A DNA stretch of 62,408 nt, the filler included. It is 3 parts of 3 records of this genome, joined end to end, with 100 filler letters (N's around TTAATTAATTAA, not from the genome) between each part and the next. Parts side by side here need not be neighbours in the genome. Positions count along the whole stretch, not along the records: positions 28,320 to 47,868 come from SRR20825019_710; positions 47,969 to 62,408 come from SRR20825019_713; 1 more part is not named here. One strand, written 5' to 3'. A model generated the notes under the pieces. It worked only from the letters and a program-made list of their open reading frames with translations, was not told the DNA's origin and searched no databases. Numbering within the stretch: position 1 is the first letter of the stretch; every line of letters starts with the position of its first letter. Below, piece by piece: positions 43,514 through 54,960 of this stretch. The translations under genes were made by a program, and so were the position numbers.

Positions 43514-44799
43514 TTCATCTTTCCAGGCAACCAGAGAGCAATCTCCGGGAATATCGCCAGAAGCAGGGCAAAACCGACAAGAATGAGAAAAAACGGCACG
43601 ACCGCACGAACGAGGTTTCCGATTGTCTCACCGGTTTGGGCCTGAATGACGAACAGGTTGAAACCAATTGGTGGCGTTATCTGAGATATTTCTACCGCAA
43701 CTACAACAAAAATGCCAAACCAAATCGGGTCAAAACCAGAAGATGTAACCAGTGGTAGCGTAATCGGCAGAGTCATAACGATGATTGAAGTGCCATCAAG
43801 AAACATACCGATGAAAACATAGAAGACCAACAGCAGTGCAATCAGCGCAAACGGCGCCAGATCAAGCGCGGCAATCCAGCCTGCCACCGCGCGTGGCAAA
43901 CCAAGAAATCCAAGTGCAGCGTTCAAGAGCGCGGCCCCCAGAAGGATCAACCCCATCATCGCGCTGGTTCTGACTGCGCTGCGGCCGGCTATCGTCAGGT
44001 TGCTGAAAGTCAGTTCTCCGCGAAACGCGGATAAAATGACAGCTCCGAGAACGCCGACAGATGCAAGCTCGGTCGGACTGGCAAGCCCCAGATAAAGCGC
44101 GCCCATAATACCGGCAATCAACGCGACCATCGGTCCTATTTCCACCAAACCGCGCCAACGGTCGGCCCAGCTGAAGCGCACAGCCTGCTCCCTGCCACCG
44201 GATATGATGTGATGAAGTGCAATATAGCTGCTGTAAAGTGTAGCAAGCAAAAGCCCCGGCACAACACCGGCGACGAAAAGGCGCAATATACTTTGCTCGG
44301 AAATCACGCCGTAAATGATCATGATGATCGACGGCGGGATCAGAAAGCCAAGCGTTCCCGCACCGGCCAGAGAGCCAATTGCCAGCCTGCGATTGTAACC
44401 ACGGGCAAATAGTTCCGGCAGCGTTACGCGACCGACGATTGCTGTCGTGGCTGCCGAAGAGCCGGAAACGGCAGCGAAGAGCGTCGAGCCTGCTACATTT
44501 ACATGCACCAAACCTCCGGGAAGCCGGCTGACCCACGGAGCGAGCCCTGAAAACAGCGAGCGGCCCAGCTTCGCTGTCACCAGAATATCGCTCATCAGAA
44601 TGAACAATGGCAGCGCCAGCAATTCCTGTGCCGTGCCTGCCTGCCACAACAGCTTTCCGGCAAAGGCATCAAGCGGAATGTTCGGCTTGTAAACCGTCAG
44701 CAGGATATAGCCGACACCAAACAGCGACAACCCGACCCAGACAGAACCGAGCAGCAAAACCGCAAACAGCAAAACCGTGACAATGGCTATCTCAATCAC
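43510..44799 (-). CDS. dctM: TRAP transporter large permease
   Basis: LLALPLFILM, GSSAAT, GTLGFLIPPS, ITPPIGFNLF; GTG start 44799. Confidence 0.92.
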   Translation of the reverse strand: MIEIAIVTVLLFAVLLLGSVWVGLSLFGVGYILLTVYKPNIPLDAFAGKLLWQAGTAQELLALPLFILMSDILVTAKLGRSLFSGLAPWVSRLPGGLVHVNVAGSTLFAAVSGSSAATTAIVGRVTLPELFARGYNRRLAIGSLAGAGTLGFLIPPSIIMIIYGVISEQSILRLFVAGVVPGLLLATLYSSYIALHHIISGGREQAVRFSWADRWRGLVEIGPMVALIAGIMGALYLGLASPTELASVGVLGAVILSAFRGELTFSNLTIAGRSAVRTSAMMGLILLGAALLNAALGFLGLPRAVAGWIAALDLAPFALIALLLVFYVFIGMFLDGTSIIVMTLPITLPLVTSSGFDPIWFGIFVVVAVEISQITPPIGFNLFVIQAQTGETIGNLVRAVVPFFLILVGFALLLAIFPEIALWLPGKMK

Positions 44800-45316
44800 C
44801 GGCAATCTCCCCGGCGTCGTGCACATCCGGCTCTTCGCCGAGAACAAGCCGCACCAGCCGCGCAACCAGCGCCAGGAAAAACTCAACAGCACCAATGACA
44901 GCGATCGATTGCGGAATTGCAAGCGGTGTATTCATATAACTTGGCTGCCTCAATCCGCGCTCCAGCGAGGTAAAAAAGGTGGTCCAGAAAGCTTCAAGCA
45001 AAAATGCACCAAGTATTATGCCGACAACCGTAGCGATAATCTCGACACCGCGCGTGAACTTCGTTCCGCCGCGTGTCAGCAGCAACGTAACCCGAACCTG
45101 CTTGCCATGCCTGAGCGCTGGACCAAGCCCAAGCAGGATGACACCGGCCATGGCGAAGGCAGAATATTCCCACGAAAACGCCAGACTTCTGTTTAAAAAA
45201 CCACGGCTGAAAACTTCGCCCAGCATCATCGCGCAGAACACGTAAAGCAGGATCATCGCAATGGTTTCGGAAATGCGGGCAGTCCAGTCCGTGAATGAAA
45301 GAAAGGCGCGGATCAT
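44792..45316 (-). CDS. dctQ: TRAP transporter small permease
   Basis: Four TM segments, position between dctP and dctM. Confidence 0.85.
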   Translation of the reverse strand: MIRAFLSFTDWTARISETIAMILLYVFCAMMLGEVFSRGFLNRSLAFSWEYSAFAMAGVILLGLGPALRHGKQVRVTLLLTRGGTKFTRGVEIIATVVGIILGAFLLEAFWTTFFTSLERGLRQPSYMNTPLAIPQSIAVIGAVEFFLALVARLVRLVLGEEPDVHDAGEIAGD

Positions 45317-45335
45317 GCTTGCACTTTCCAAAAGA

Positions 45336-45366
45336 GCGGCACGCCAGATCAGAAATGGCGCGCCGC
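45336..45366 (-). terminator. Stem-loop after dctP (stabiliser or partial terminator)
   Basis: GCGGCGCGCCA/TGGCGTGCCGC on minus strand followed by TCTTTT. Confidence 0.55.
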
Positions 45367-45371
45367 GTTTT

Positions 45372-46355
45372 TTACTTACCGGTGGCTTCGGTATATTGCT
45401 GAATGATAGAACCGGCTTGCGGAACCCGCTCTACAAAATCGGTCCACATGGCCTGACCGGCTTCAGACATAATATCTTTCATGCTGGCGTCGGCTTGCGT
45501 CACGGTCATACCGTTTTCAACGAGAATCTCCGTTTTTCCGTCATCCTCGGCCGCACTCATCGCCCAGAATTCGGATTCCATCGCCTCTGCAACATCCATG
45601 ATAGCCCTCTGCTCTTCTGCCGAAAGCGCGTTCCAGGCATCAAGATTGACCGTCACGGCATCTGTCGAAGTCGACCACTGCAGTGGATTGAAATACGATA
45701 CTGAATCCCAGAGCTTGCCATCAACACCGGAAGACGTTGATGTCGCAACACCATCGATTGTACCGGCTGCCAGTGCGGGAACAACGTCACCCCATGGCAT
45801 CTCCAGTGGCGCAGCACCGAGCTTGGTCAGAAATTCGAAGCTTGCCGGATTGAACGCGCGAATTCGCTGACCTTCCAGATCGGCAGACGAAGTTATCGGT
45901 TCTTTTGAGTAAAGTCCCGGTGACGGCCAAGGCACATAATACAGAATCTTCTGGTTATGTGCTTCGGCGATTTGCTGGTAAACCGGGTCTGCAACCTGCA
46001 AAAACGCCGCCATTTCATCCTGCCCCTGGATCAGATAAGGCAGCGTATCAATGGAAAGCAGCGGCTCTTCGCCTGCCTGAAGAAACAGCAGAAAATCAGC
46101 CATCTGAACGATACCGGTTTCGACAGCCGACATGCTCTGGCTGCCGCTGACACCGATTTCACCGGCATTAAGAACATTGATCGTGACCGAGCCGTTCGTT
46201 GCCTCGCTCACAGCTTCGGCGAACTCTCTCGCAGCCTCTGCCTGAAAATTGGAGTCAGGCCAGGGCGTTGTAAAATCCCAACTGGTATCGGCCAAAGCGG
46301 TCGAACCGTAGAGTACGGCGATGGCGCCAAGCGCAAAAGCGTTACATTTCGTCAT
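45372..46355 (-). CDS. dctP: TRAP transporter substrate-binding protein
   Basis: Signal peptide, DLEGQRIR, MPWGDVVPALAAGTIDG, WNALSAEEQ. Confidence 0.92.
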   Translation of the reverse strand: MTKCNAFALGAIAVLYGSTALADTSWDFTTPWPDSNFQAEAAREFAEAVSEATNGSVTINVLNAGEIGVSGSQSMSAVETGIVQMADFLLFLQAGEEPLLSIDTLPYLIQGQDEMAAFLQVADPVYQQIAEAHNQKILYYVPWPSPGLYSKEPITSSADLEGQRIRAFNPASFEFLTKLGAAPLEMPWGDVVPALAAGTIDGVATSTSSGVDGKLWDSVSYFNPLQWSTSTDAVTVNLDAWNALSAEEQRAIMDVAEAMESEFWAMSAAEDDGKTEILVENGMTVTQADASMKDIMSEAGQAMWTDFVERVPQAGSIIQQYTEATGK

Positions 46356-46413
46356 TTACTGTTTCTCCATTTTTGTCTGCAAGCAGCGACCCCGAAATCC
46401 GTTCTTCTTTACT

Positions 46414-47868
46414 TTAGGCTTTCCGGTAATGATGATCTGCGGCTTCTTTGCTGACAAGCCCTCGCTGCACGTCTAGAGCGAGTTTCTCCTCACTTCGTTC
46501 CCGCGGTGGTCCGAATCCACCACCGCCGGGCGTCTGCAAGACAAGCTCTTCACCGGCCGGTATCGTATAAAGCCCCTTGCTGGTGATCGCCACGCCATTG
46601 GAAATCGACGCCTGTCCCGGCGCACCGGGCATACCGCCATCGCGTCCGCCAGCGCCTTTGTTGAGGCGTTCGAATGCCGCCGCTGACAGGTTCAATGTCT
46701 GGCTTTGGCTTGAACGAACGCGGATACTCTGCCCAAGCCCACCACGGCATCGCCCGGCGCCGCCGGAATCCGGCGCAAACTCTTTCTGGGTAAAGATCAG
46801 TGGCGCTGCGGTTTCTGCAATCTCAATCGGCACACTGCCGACGCCGGAAGGGAATGCGGTCGTCGACAAGCCATCGGATGCGGGGCGTGCGCCCATACCG
46901 CCAAGCGCAACATTCAAGGATGCAAATGCGCCTTCACCTTCTGCTGAAATTGCCAGAACCCAAAGCGCACCGGCGCTCTCAGCCAGTATGCGCCCCGGCA
47001 TCGCCCTGGCAAGGCACCCCAGCATGAGATCCGGCAGTGCCTGACCAACAACGTGACGAGCCGTCACCGGCCATGGGCGCTCGGCACTTACCACAAGACC
47101 CGGCGGAGCATCGATCCTGATCGGCTCCAGCGATGCATGATTATTCGGCACGTCGGGTGCGACAGCAACCTTCACCCCGAAAGACGCATAGGCCTGACTA
47201 TAACTCAGCGGGCAGTTGATACCCTTGTCGATTGCCGGCGAAGAACCGGCAAGATCAACGCTGATGATCCCGTCGCGAATGGTCATCAACGCTTTCAGGC
47301 GGATCGGTGCATCATAACCATCCAGCTCAACCTCGGCGCTGTATTCGCCTGGCGGGACTTCGGCAATGGCCGCACGGGTTGCTTCGGCGGAACGCTCGAA
47401 AATGAATTCCGCCAGTGGTGAAAGTGACGCAAGGCTGTATTCTTCCATCAGCGCAACAAGACGCTTGCGCCCTTCGTCATTGCAGCTCATCAGCGAAACA
47501 ATATCACCGCGTGCTTCACGCGGAACGCGTGAATTGACTGCGACGAGCGCCAGCAGCTCTTCGTTGACGACACCCTGCTTGCGCAACCTTGTTACCGGAA
47601 TTGTGACGCCTTCTTCGTAAACCGAACGCGCCTCTGCAGACCAGCCAAGCCCTCCAATATCAACGATATGACAGGTGGACGCGATATAACCAACAATTAC
47701 ACCATCCTTGAAAACAGGTGTAACCACCACGAAATCGAAAACATGCCCAGCCCCAAGCCAGGGATCATTCGTTACCAGAACATCGCCATCCTTCAGCGTT
47801 TCCGGCGACGCATGAGCCAGAATGGCGTTGACCGACTTGGCCATCGTGTTGACGTGGCCCGGCGTGCC
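46414..47868 (-). CDS. Hydantoinase B / oxoprolinase family protein, 5'-truncated
   Basis: GDVLVTNDPWLGAGH, HIVDIGG, YEEG, GGMGA, DSGGAG..RGGLG, TPGGGGFG. Confidence 0.92.
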   Translation of the reverse strand, partial: GTPGHVNTMAKSVNAILAHASPETLKDGDVLVTNDPWLGAGHVFDFVVVTPVFKDGVIVGYIASTCHIVDIGGLGWSAEARSVYEEGVTIPVTRLRKQGVVNEELLALVAVNSRVPREARGDIVSLMSCNDEGRKRLVALMEEYSLASLSPLAEFIFERSAEATRAAIAEVPPGEYSAEVELDGYDAPIRLKALMTIRDGIISVDLAGSSPAIDKGINCPLSYSQAYASFGVKVAVAPDVPNNHASLEPIRIDAPPGLVVSAERPWPVTARHVVGQALPDLMLGCLARAMPGRILAESAGALWVLAISAEGEGAFASLNVALGGMGARPASDGLSTTAFPSGVGSVPIEIAETAAPLIFTQKEFAPDSGGAGRCRGGLGQSIRVRSSQSQTLNLSAAAFERLNKGAGGRDGGMPGAPGQASISNGVAITSKGLYTIPAGEELVLQTPGGGGFGPPRERSEEKLALDVQRGLVSKEAADHHYRKA

Positions 47869-47968
47869 NNNNNNNNNNNNNNNNNNNNNNNNNNNNNNNN
47901 NNNNNNNNNNNNTTAATTAATTAANNNNNNNNNNNNNNNNNNNNNNNNNNNNNNNNNNNNNNNNNNNN
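47869..47968. other. Artificial contig spacer
   Basis: 44 N + TTAATTAATTAA (47913-47924) + 44 N. Confidence 0.97.
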
Positions 47969-48300
47969 ACTGATCAGCCTCGCCCCTGGCTCCCCCCCGC
48001 CCCCCCCCCCGTCCCGCGCGGCGGGCCCGTCCATGTCTGTTCCGCGGGTGACCGGCCGTGGCCGGCGAGTGGCACTGCCGGCCGGCCATCACCACTGGGA
48101 GGGCCCCAAGGGCATGGAGCCCACCCATGACTGCCCGGCCCAAGCACGGATCGGGCGGGCCCGGCCCGGCCGGGCCAGCCCGGCCTGCCGTGCCGGGGCC
48201 AAGCCGGTCCATTCAGTGCGGCAGCCGTAGTCCCGACCCACACTGATTGCCTCCCCCCCCCTCCCCCCGGGTACTGTGTCCTCCCAGGCCGGGTCCGTGC
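47969..48300. promoter_or_regulatory. GC-rich island with C-tracts upstream of Zn2Cys6 gene
   Basis: GGCC/CCGG-dense; C-tracts 47992-48010 and 48253-48268. Confidence 0.5.
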
Positions 48301-48338
48301 ACCAGGGAGCTGACACTTCGTTTCTGAACTGGCGATAT

Positions 48339-50398
48339 ATGACAGGCAACGGCAGGGTGAACGGATTCGTACACAGCCCAATACCCCAGCCTATGGGCAG
48401 TGACGGAAGTTCCAGTCTTGGCACAACCCCGACAAATAGCGGGTTGGCCTGCACCAGTTCCGACGACTCTTCACAAAAGAGAAGTGTAGAATCACAGAGG
48501 GATTTTCCTTCCGGAACCGCCGGTGTGACCTCCAAAGTAGCTGCAACCATAGCGAAAGAGAAGCAAAAGTCAAAGCGATCTGGCAAGGACAGGCGCGTTT
48601 TGGGCAATCGACGAGTGACCTGTAGCAGGTGTTATAAGAAGAAAGTCAGGTACTGGCAGTTTCGAAGTGCGACAAGCCTGGTTCAAACTTAAGTTGTCGT
48701 GCACAGGTGTAGTTTTGGAAATCCTTGCGAAAGATGTGCGCGCGATGGCGTGGAATGTGTATATGAAGTAACTTATCCGGGTTACCAACAACAAATGCTT
48801 GTTGTGAAAGCCAACTCTCTGTTTATATCACGTCAAAACTTTGATGCTGTTGTGGCCAGATATGCCGCTCAAGTTACAGGAGTTATCCTTCCAGTGGTGT
48901 ACGTTCGTTTACATAGTGAAGTACATCCATTTATTAACGCATTCATTGTAGATCTATTTCAGACTTATATGGTTCATTCGACGTATGGGAGGCAGTGCGA
49001 GGCTCCCATGACGTGGGCGCAATTAACAAGGTCACGAACTTACGAACGACCAACTTACCTGGATCCTCAACGTCTGTTGTATCATGGGATCGAGGACAAA
49101 AGGTCATGTCGAAAGCAAGCTTCCTCGTTCTCATCTCCTTTGCCATGGGGTGCCGTTTTTGTCACAACACCCAAATATCTAGAACGAAAATTCTCTTGGA
49201 TCTTGCCATGGATTACGTTGTTGATATCCTTGAAGATATGATATCTCGAGACGAGAAGTCCGAATATTATTTTGCCAGAGGCGTATATTTTATTGCCTAC
49301 CTATATCGTTCAGCCAATAACGTTTTCACGATTACTGCTGAAGACCAAGCTAGGGTGCTTAACATTCAAGCATTACTTCTCAAAACCCTGGTTCCACTTC
49401 AGGACCCTCTTTGTACTGCGTACGTAACCTAAGATGCAATTGCTGCAAGACTGACCTTATTATTTCGCATGCAGAACCTTGGTGGGCTGCACCATGGCGC
49501 TGAGACGGTTGGATTTGGCACCTCTATGCTATGATGGGCTCTTGCGAGGGCTCGCGGAAATGCAGGTTACCACGGATGTTGAGGTCGGTTTTGTGGCGTG
49601 CCTTCGTCAACTGCGACATTAACGTGACACCCCAGAGAGCACGCGCATTTTGCAATGTACTAAATTTAGGGTGTAGTGTCTTGACATGGGGTTGCCTGGT
49701 TAAGTGCGGCGAGTGGATTGCCGAAGTCCATATGTACAATTTCTCTGCAGAGCTGAAGTGGGATCAAGAGTTGCTGCAACACTTAAGCTTCGTGGTTCAA
49801 TTTGCAGGAAACTATTTGGCCTCGATCCAAGAGTTATTCCCATTCTTTTCACAAGACCAAGAGCTTGCAATACCTACGTCGAATATGATGATGGTTCTGG
49901 GATATGGCTTGTGGCGTTTGTCCCGCCTCAACAACACAGCCCACGGGATTCCCGAAGCGGCTGACCACGCATTGACGGGACTGCAGGTTTGGTGGATGAA
50001 CAGAGAGCGTGGTGTCCACCCTTTGGACTCAACAATGATTGGAAACGCGACTTTGGCGGTCCGTGTTTTGTCCGAATCCTGTCCGCTTGTTTGCAGTCAA
50101 TGGTTTAAGGATACAAGCATACTGACGGGCGAATTTAATGGGAAGGCTGAGCCGGAAACCGATGTTGGCCAGATTGCACATGCCATGTTGCTATCGGTTA
50201 GCAACAACCTGGTGAGCTGCCCCTGATTAGTGTTGTTTGTCTTTCGCTTCTCAGTGCTCTATTCGTGTGAGCGGATTCATCGATAGGCATTCTGCATTCT
50301 GTCTGTTAGCATTCCCTGTACCGATGAAATCACAGAAACGCCTCGCTATTTCCCAACATTATCCATTTGTGTTAGTACGGCAGACTTTACTTCCATGA
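48339..50398 (+). CDS. Zn(II)2Cys6 binuclear-cluster transcription factor, multi-exon
   Basis: Intron 48650-48706 joins TCSRCYKKKVR and CSFGNPCERCARDGVECVY (C-x2-C-x6-C-x5-C-x2-C-x6-C); downstream exon boundaries and 3' end approximate. Confidence 0.8.
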
Positions 50399-50503
50399 AT
50401 CAATGTAAGTAAACATATTCTTGCCGTCTTGATGTATGCTCGGAAGAGCATTGTCACGTGTACGCCTATGATTGCACCTTCGAGATGCTAGTGCAGCAAC
50501 AGT

Positions 50504-52361
50504 TTAACCCAGCTTCTGTCTCTTCAAATCGAACCCGCCATCCATGACACTTTTGCTAGCACCTCCCTTGTTCCATGATCCGGCGTCTTTTCTCTTGCTC
50601 ATGATCTTGTTGATCTGCGTGAAATCCTTGTTGAGGCGATCTTTTTGTTCCTTCTCCAGCTGTTTCTTGGATTTGGGCGCTGTGCCTCCTCCGCCCATAC
50701 TAGTCGTGAGTTTCCTGCATCACAATGTCAGCCGAATACCCTATTCTCTTCGCGTAAGTGGACTTACGCAGTGCCCACAGGCTCGTCGTCATCATCCATA
50801 TCGTAATAATCTCCCATCTCAATATCATATCCATCACTAGCTCCAAGTCTATACCCCAAAGATCAGCACACGACGTGGAATATCGTAATGCAAACGGCAT
50901 ACCCAAGATAATCAGAATACAAATCCTTCGCGCCACTGTCCTTGGCTGATGCGGCCTCTTCCTTCTTTGAACCTTTCGTCGGCACATCTAGACCAGCAAA
51001 ACCATCCCGTTTGACGGGTTCGGCAACCGGTGGTACCGGGTCCTCTCGTTTTCGTTTGGGCCCTTCGGGCTCGGCAAACGCCGCGTCAGTGTTCGGATAA
51101 ATATCATCAGCCTCCGGATACATTTCGGCCTCAGGATAGCCATAGTCACCATCACCTGCGTGCATGGCAGGCCCGGGGGCTGGTCCTACCGACGGGCCCA
51201 CTGATCCCGCATCTTCTGCGGATGATGAAAAATATGACCCTGGGCCTGCGGGACCGGAAGGGGGCATTGCGGGACCGGGGGCGGGTCCGCTGGCTGTTAT
51301 TTCATCATCATCATAGATCGAAACATCAGCATCTACGGCCTTATAAGTAACCGTCGGGGCTGAGCTGACAGTGGGCATGGCGTCCCTCTCCTTTTTCTTG
51401 AGTTTCTTCTTGGCGCCAGGCTGCCTCAAATACTGGAGAATTTCCGCCAATTTCTCCACCGACGCAGAGTGTGACCCGAGGCGAATGGTCTCCTTGACTT
51501 TTTCAGCATCGTGGCGGCTAGTTTTCATCACCGTTGGCAGATCAAATGACGATGTGGGCGCCAGAGAGAACAATAGAGTTGTTCGGCCTTTGTCAAATGA
51601 GTCAGCAGGGGCCGACTTTGGTTGTTGTTTTGGGGCAAAGAGGGTTTTGTGGATGTTCCGTGCCATTGGGGTTCTGAACGACAGCTATAGAAATCCATAA
51701 GATACGCACCTTCAAACAAGCAAGATATAGCCACCGTACCTTATCGTATTGAGCATTTTCGCTGGCGGTACGCGCTGCGATCCGGGCACGCTCCTCCTCC
51801 ATTGCCTGCTCAGCTTCTTGTTCTCTTTTCATTTCTTCCCGCTGCTTCCTCAAAAGTGCGAAATCAAGTCCCTTGACCAGATGAGTGTGTTCAATATCTC
51901 CGCCAAGAAACTTCGATTCTTCCTCAGTAAGCTTCGACGTGTCAACGCCATAAGTATCTCTGCACACGCAGCCACGTCAGGTGCCATACACCACCACGAA
52001 TGGGCCTGGGCCATGGCCATACCCCTCTTCATCGCTGCCTCCCTCGCGCCTTTCCTTTGCACGGTCTCTGTAGTTGTCCTGGACCTTTTCACCTTCGTTC
52101 TCGCTGCGAGTATAAAGTCAGACATCGAATCCTCGCCAAGTCGACATGGTGACTCACAACTTCGGTACTTTAGGCCTCCACTTCTTACGCGGCTTTTTTT
52201 CTCCACTTTTCGAGCTGTCATCCATGAATACTTCTGGTCACAACAGAAAGGAAGTACACTTACGAAGCATCAGGGGCTTTACTCATTTCTGACTCTCCGC
52301 CTCCTGCCCGCGGCGTCATCATAATCGTTCTGAAATCGGAGTTCGACAAAGCTTTCGCCAT
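50504..52361 (-). CDS. IK: Spliceosomal protein RED (IK/Smu2), multi-exon
   Basis: MAKALSNSDFRTIMMTPR; ESKFLGGDIEHTHLVKGLDFALL; C-terminal LNKDFTQINKIMSKRK. Confidence 0.9.
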
Positions 52362-52469
52362 TTTTTAAGAAAGAGGAAACCAGGGGCCCGTGGTCACCCT
52401 TTGAATATTGGGGAGGTATTGTATTTAAGTGAACTTACGCACTCGGACAACGAGACCATGACCGGTTTC

Positions 52470-52985
52470 CCCAGCTGAGCCATGCCCGGCTGGAGGGACC
52501 GGACCGGGACTGCACCGGCGGTCCGAGTCGACCGGGGTCGCGGCCCGGCCAGCTGAGCGCAGCCCGCGCGGGGCGCTCGGCCCGCCACTTGACTCAGGCT
52601 GGGGCCCGCCGGGGGCCGTTGCCGCCTGAAGCGCCCGGCCTCGGCGGCCGGAGCGGCGGACGGGGCGGCCGGCCCCCGGGGGCCGGGGGGCGCGGCGTCA
52701 CGTCCCCCGCGTGGGGCCGGCCGCGGCCCGGCCTGCGCCCTGCCGTGCCACTCACTCACGGTCCCTGCCCCGGGGCCGGCGGCGCACGCCGGCCGCCCCG
52801 GCGGGCAGCGGCCGCGGCCCCGGGCCGGCCCCCCGGCGCGGCCCGGCCGGCACCCGGAGAGGATGGCTCCGGTCCCGGGCGGGGCCGCCGCTCCGCCCGC
52901 TGCGACTGTGAGGCTCGGCCTCCCGCCCGGCTCGGTGAACCACCCGGTGGAACCGCTCCGACGCTGCGACCGCGGGGCGCCATTG
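52470..52985. promoter_or_regulatory. GC-rich divergent promoter island
   Basis: Near-pure G/C tract between divergent RED and four-TM genes; TGACTCA at 52590-52596. Confidence 0.55.
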
Positions 52986-53110
52986 TTTTTGAGGACTGGG
53001 CGCACGGCAATCGTTAACTTGCACCATGACTTCAATTAGATGACGACTGCACTACTCATAATACTTCAGATAGTCGGTTCCGGTTTCTTGTCAAGTGTGC
53101 GTTGCCAAGA

Positions 53111-54098
53111 ATGGAAGGCCGCTCCAACTTTGAACGACGTTTCACCTCTTTGAAGTGCTTGAAAGTCGCCCTGATTTGTTTATGCTGCATCGAAGCGGTA
53201 GGTGCATATGCGCGAGAGTTAGTGTGGTGTATACTGTTGCAGTTGGTTAAAGCTGGGGCTCTTGAGTGCCTACTTGGAACTAACGCAGACGTCGCAGGGT
53301 TTGGGACTGGGGCTGGTTATTGTTGGCGGGGCGTCGAGAATACCTGTCTCTATGATCACCATGATTGTTTCCGGACTGGGGGTTATTTTGGGCAATCTAC
53401 TTGGAATTTATGCAGCCTGGGGAAATGGGAGGTTGCAGCTTCTTTTGGTAATTCTATGTTTTGGAGGTGGCGTTTAGCTGCTTATGGTCTTTCCGTTTCA
53501 GTTTTACTTTGCCACTACCTTGAGTGTTGCTCTTGTGATTTCTTCGGCCTTCACAAGCACTGGGGCTTTGCTTCTTTTGTGTAACCTTCGCCAGGGAGCA
53601 TTCAAGACATGCCAAAGGGAGTCATGCGCCTTTGTTGACAGTTGCACAGAAGAAGATTTGAGGAATTCCAGTTGTCGGGCTCCGAGTAAGGAATCATGCG
53701 AGGCCAGGGATGGGATTATTGCCGTGTGCTTTCTCTTGTCGGCATTGAGTGTTTTTGTATCGGTCGTTGCGGCCTACACCACTCAAATTATTCGGAAAGT
53801 GTATCTTTCGTCGCAACGTAGAGGTGATGTTGAGTATTGGTTAGGGGCGGGTGCAATGTGCTAATAGGAGGTACATTTCCTTTCAGATCGAGAAACGTTG
53901 AGGCATAACCTTGTGGACAGCCGTATTGCTGGGGGCACGGTGAACTTGTCGGAATGGACTGCGAGGCCACCGCCCGCCACTGAAATGGCGCTACAAACCG
54001 ATGCGAGACGCCCGTCCAGGTCGCACGCGAACGTTATGGGGGCATCCGGTGCACAAGGCACACAGCAGGTTAACGACGAGATGCCATCGTATTACTGA
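53111..54098 (+). CDS. Four-TM membrane protein with Cys-rich loop (tetraspanin-like topology), multi-exon
   Basis: Spliced hydrophobic segments VALICLCCIEA-GLGLGLVIVG, MITMIVSGLGVILGNLLGIYAAW, FYFATTLSVALVISSAF, IIAVCFLLSALSVFVSVVAAY; six Cys between TM3 and TM4; ACTAAC branch site in intron 1. Confidence 0.65.
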
Positions 54099-54524
54099 TA
54101 GATGCTGCACTTTCATTGGGCTGAAACTATAAGGGCTTTGTGATACTGGCCCTTTTCTTCTTGTCCTGCAGGAATATGGGGAAGTCCTGCGATGAGCTCA
54201 TGGTGCAGTGCCTGTTGTTGTAACGCTGTTGATGATACGCCATATCTCGCGATGTTCCAAGATCTGAGATAGTCGCTCTCTTGCAAGGGTGTGAAGTTAG
54301 CACTACTCCTTGGTACTCTTTTTTGTGTTTTCCGAGAGTGACTTTTAACTAAACACGCCGTGAACTGCAAGTGCATTTGCCGAGTGAGCTAAGTCTATGT
54401 GGAACGAATATATCTGGTGTATTGACCTGAGCCAGTTTAGTTTTCAATCCACCTGGGGTTTTGCCACTTGTTGAAGATGAGGACCGTTCAGTTTGAGCCA
54501 GGCATGCCTCACGCACTGTGGTCT

Positions 54525-54960
54525 AGCCATGTCGGCCCGGCGGCCGGGCGTCAGTGAGGGCCCGGCCTGCGGCCGGGCGGCCCCCGGCGCCGGCGCCGGC
54601 GGGCCGCGGCCGCGACTTCACTCTCACGGGCCCGGTCCCACCGTCGCGGCCTGGCCCGGCTCACTGAGCGCTGGCACCGGCTGCGATCCGGGCGATCAGT
54701 CCGGGTTGGCCGGCCCGCCGGCCGTTCGGTTCCGGGTGCGTGGACCACTGCTTTTTGGGTTGAGCGAGAGTGTCTCCTCCGAGGCGGCGGCTGTCACCGC
54801 CATCGTCTGGGCCGCCGCCGGCACCCGGCGACCGGGCCCCGACAGTCCATCAGCAGTGGCCGTTCAACCCAAACGGACCGGGCCGCGCCGGTGGCCCCTC
54901 CGGTTCGCCGATCAATCAAACGGCCATGAGTGTTTCGAGTCGGAGCCCGCCGGAAGTGCC
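54525..54960. promoter_or_regulatory. GC-rich island
   Basis: Same GGCC/CCGG composition as other islands; implies a + strand gene at about 54990-56400. Confidence 0.45.

Noticed and set aside
28320-47868. Bacterium-to-eukaryote horizontal transfer or integrated endosymbiont DNA
   Set aside because: Both boundaries are synthetic spacers and edge genes are truncated; there is no physical junction
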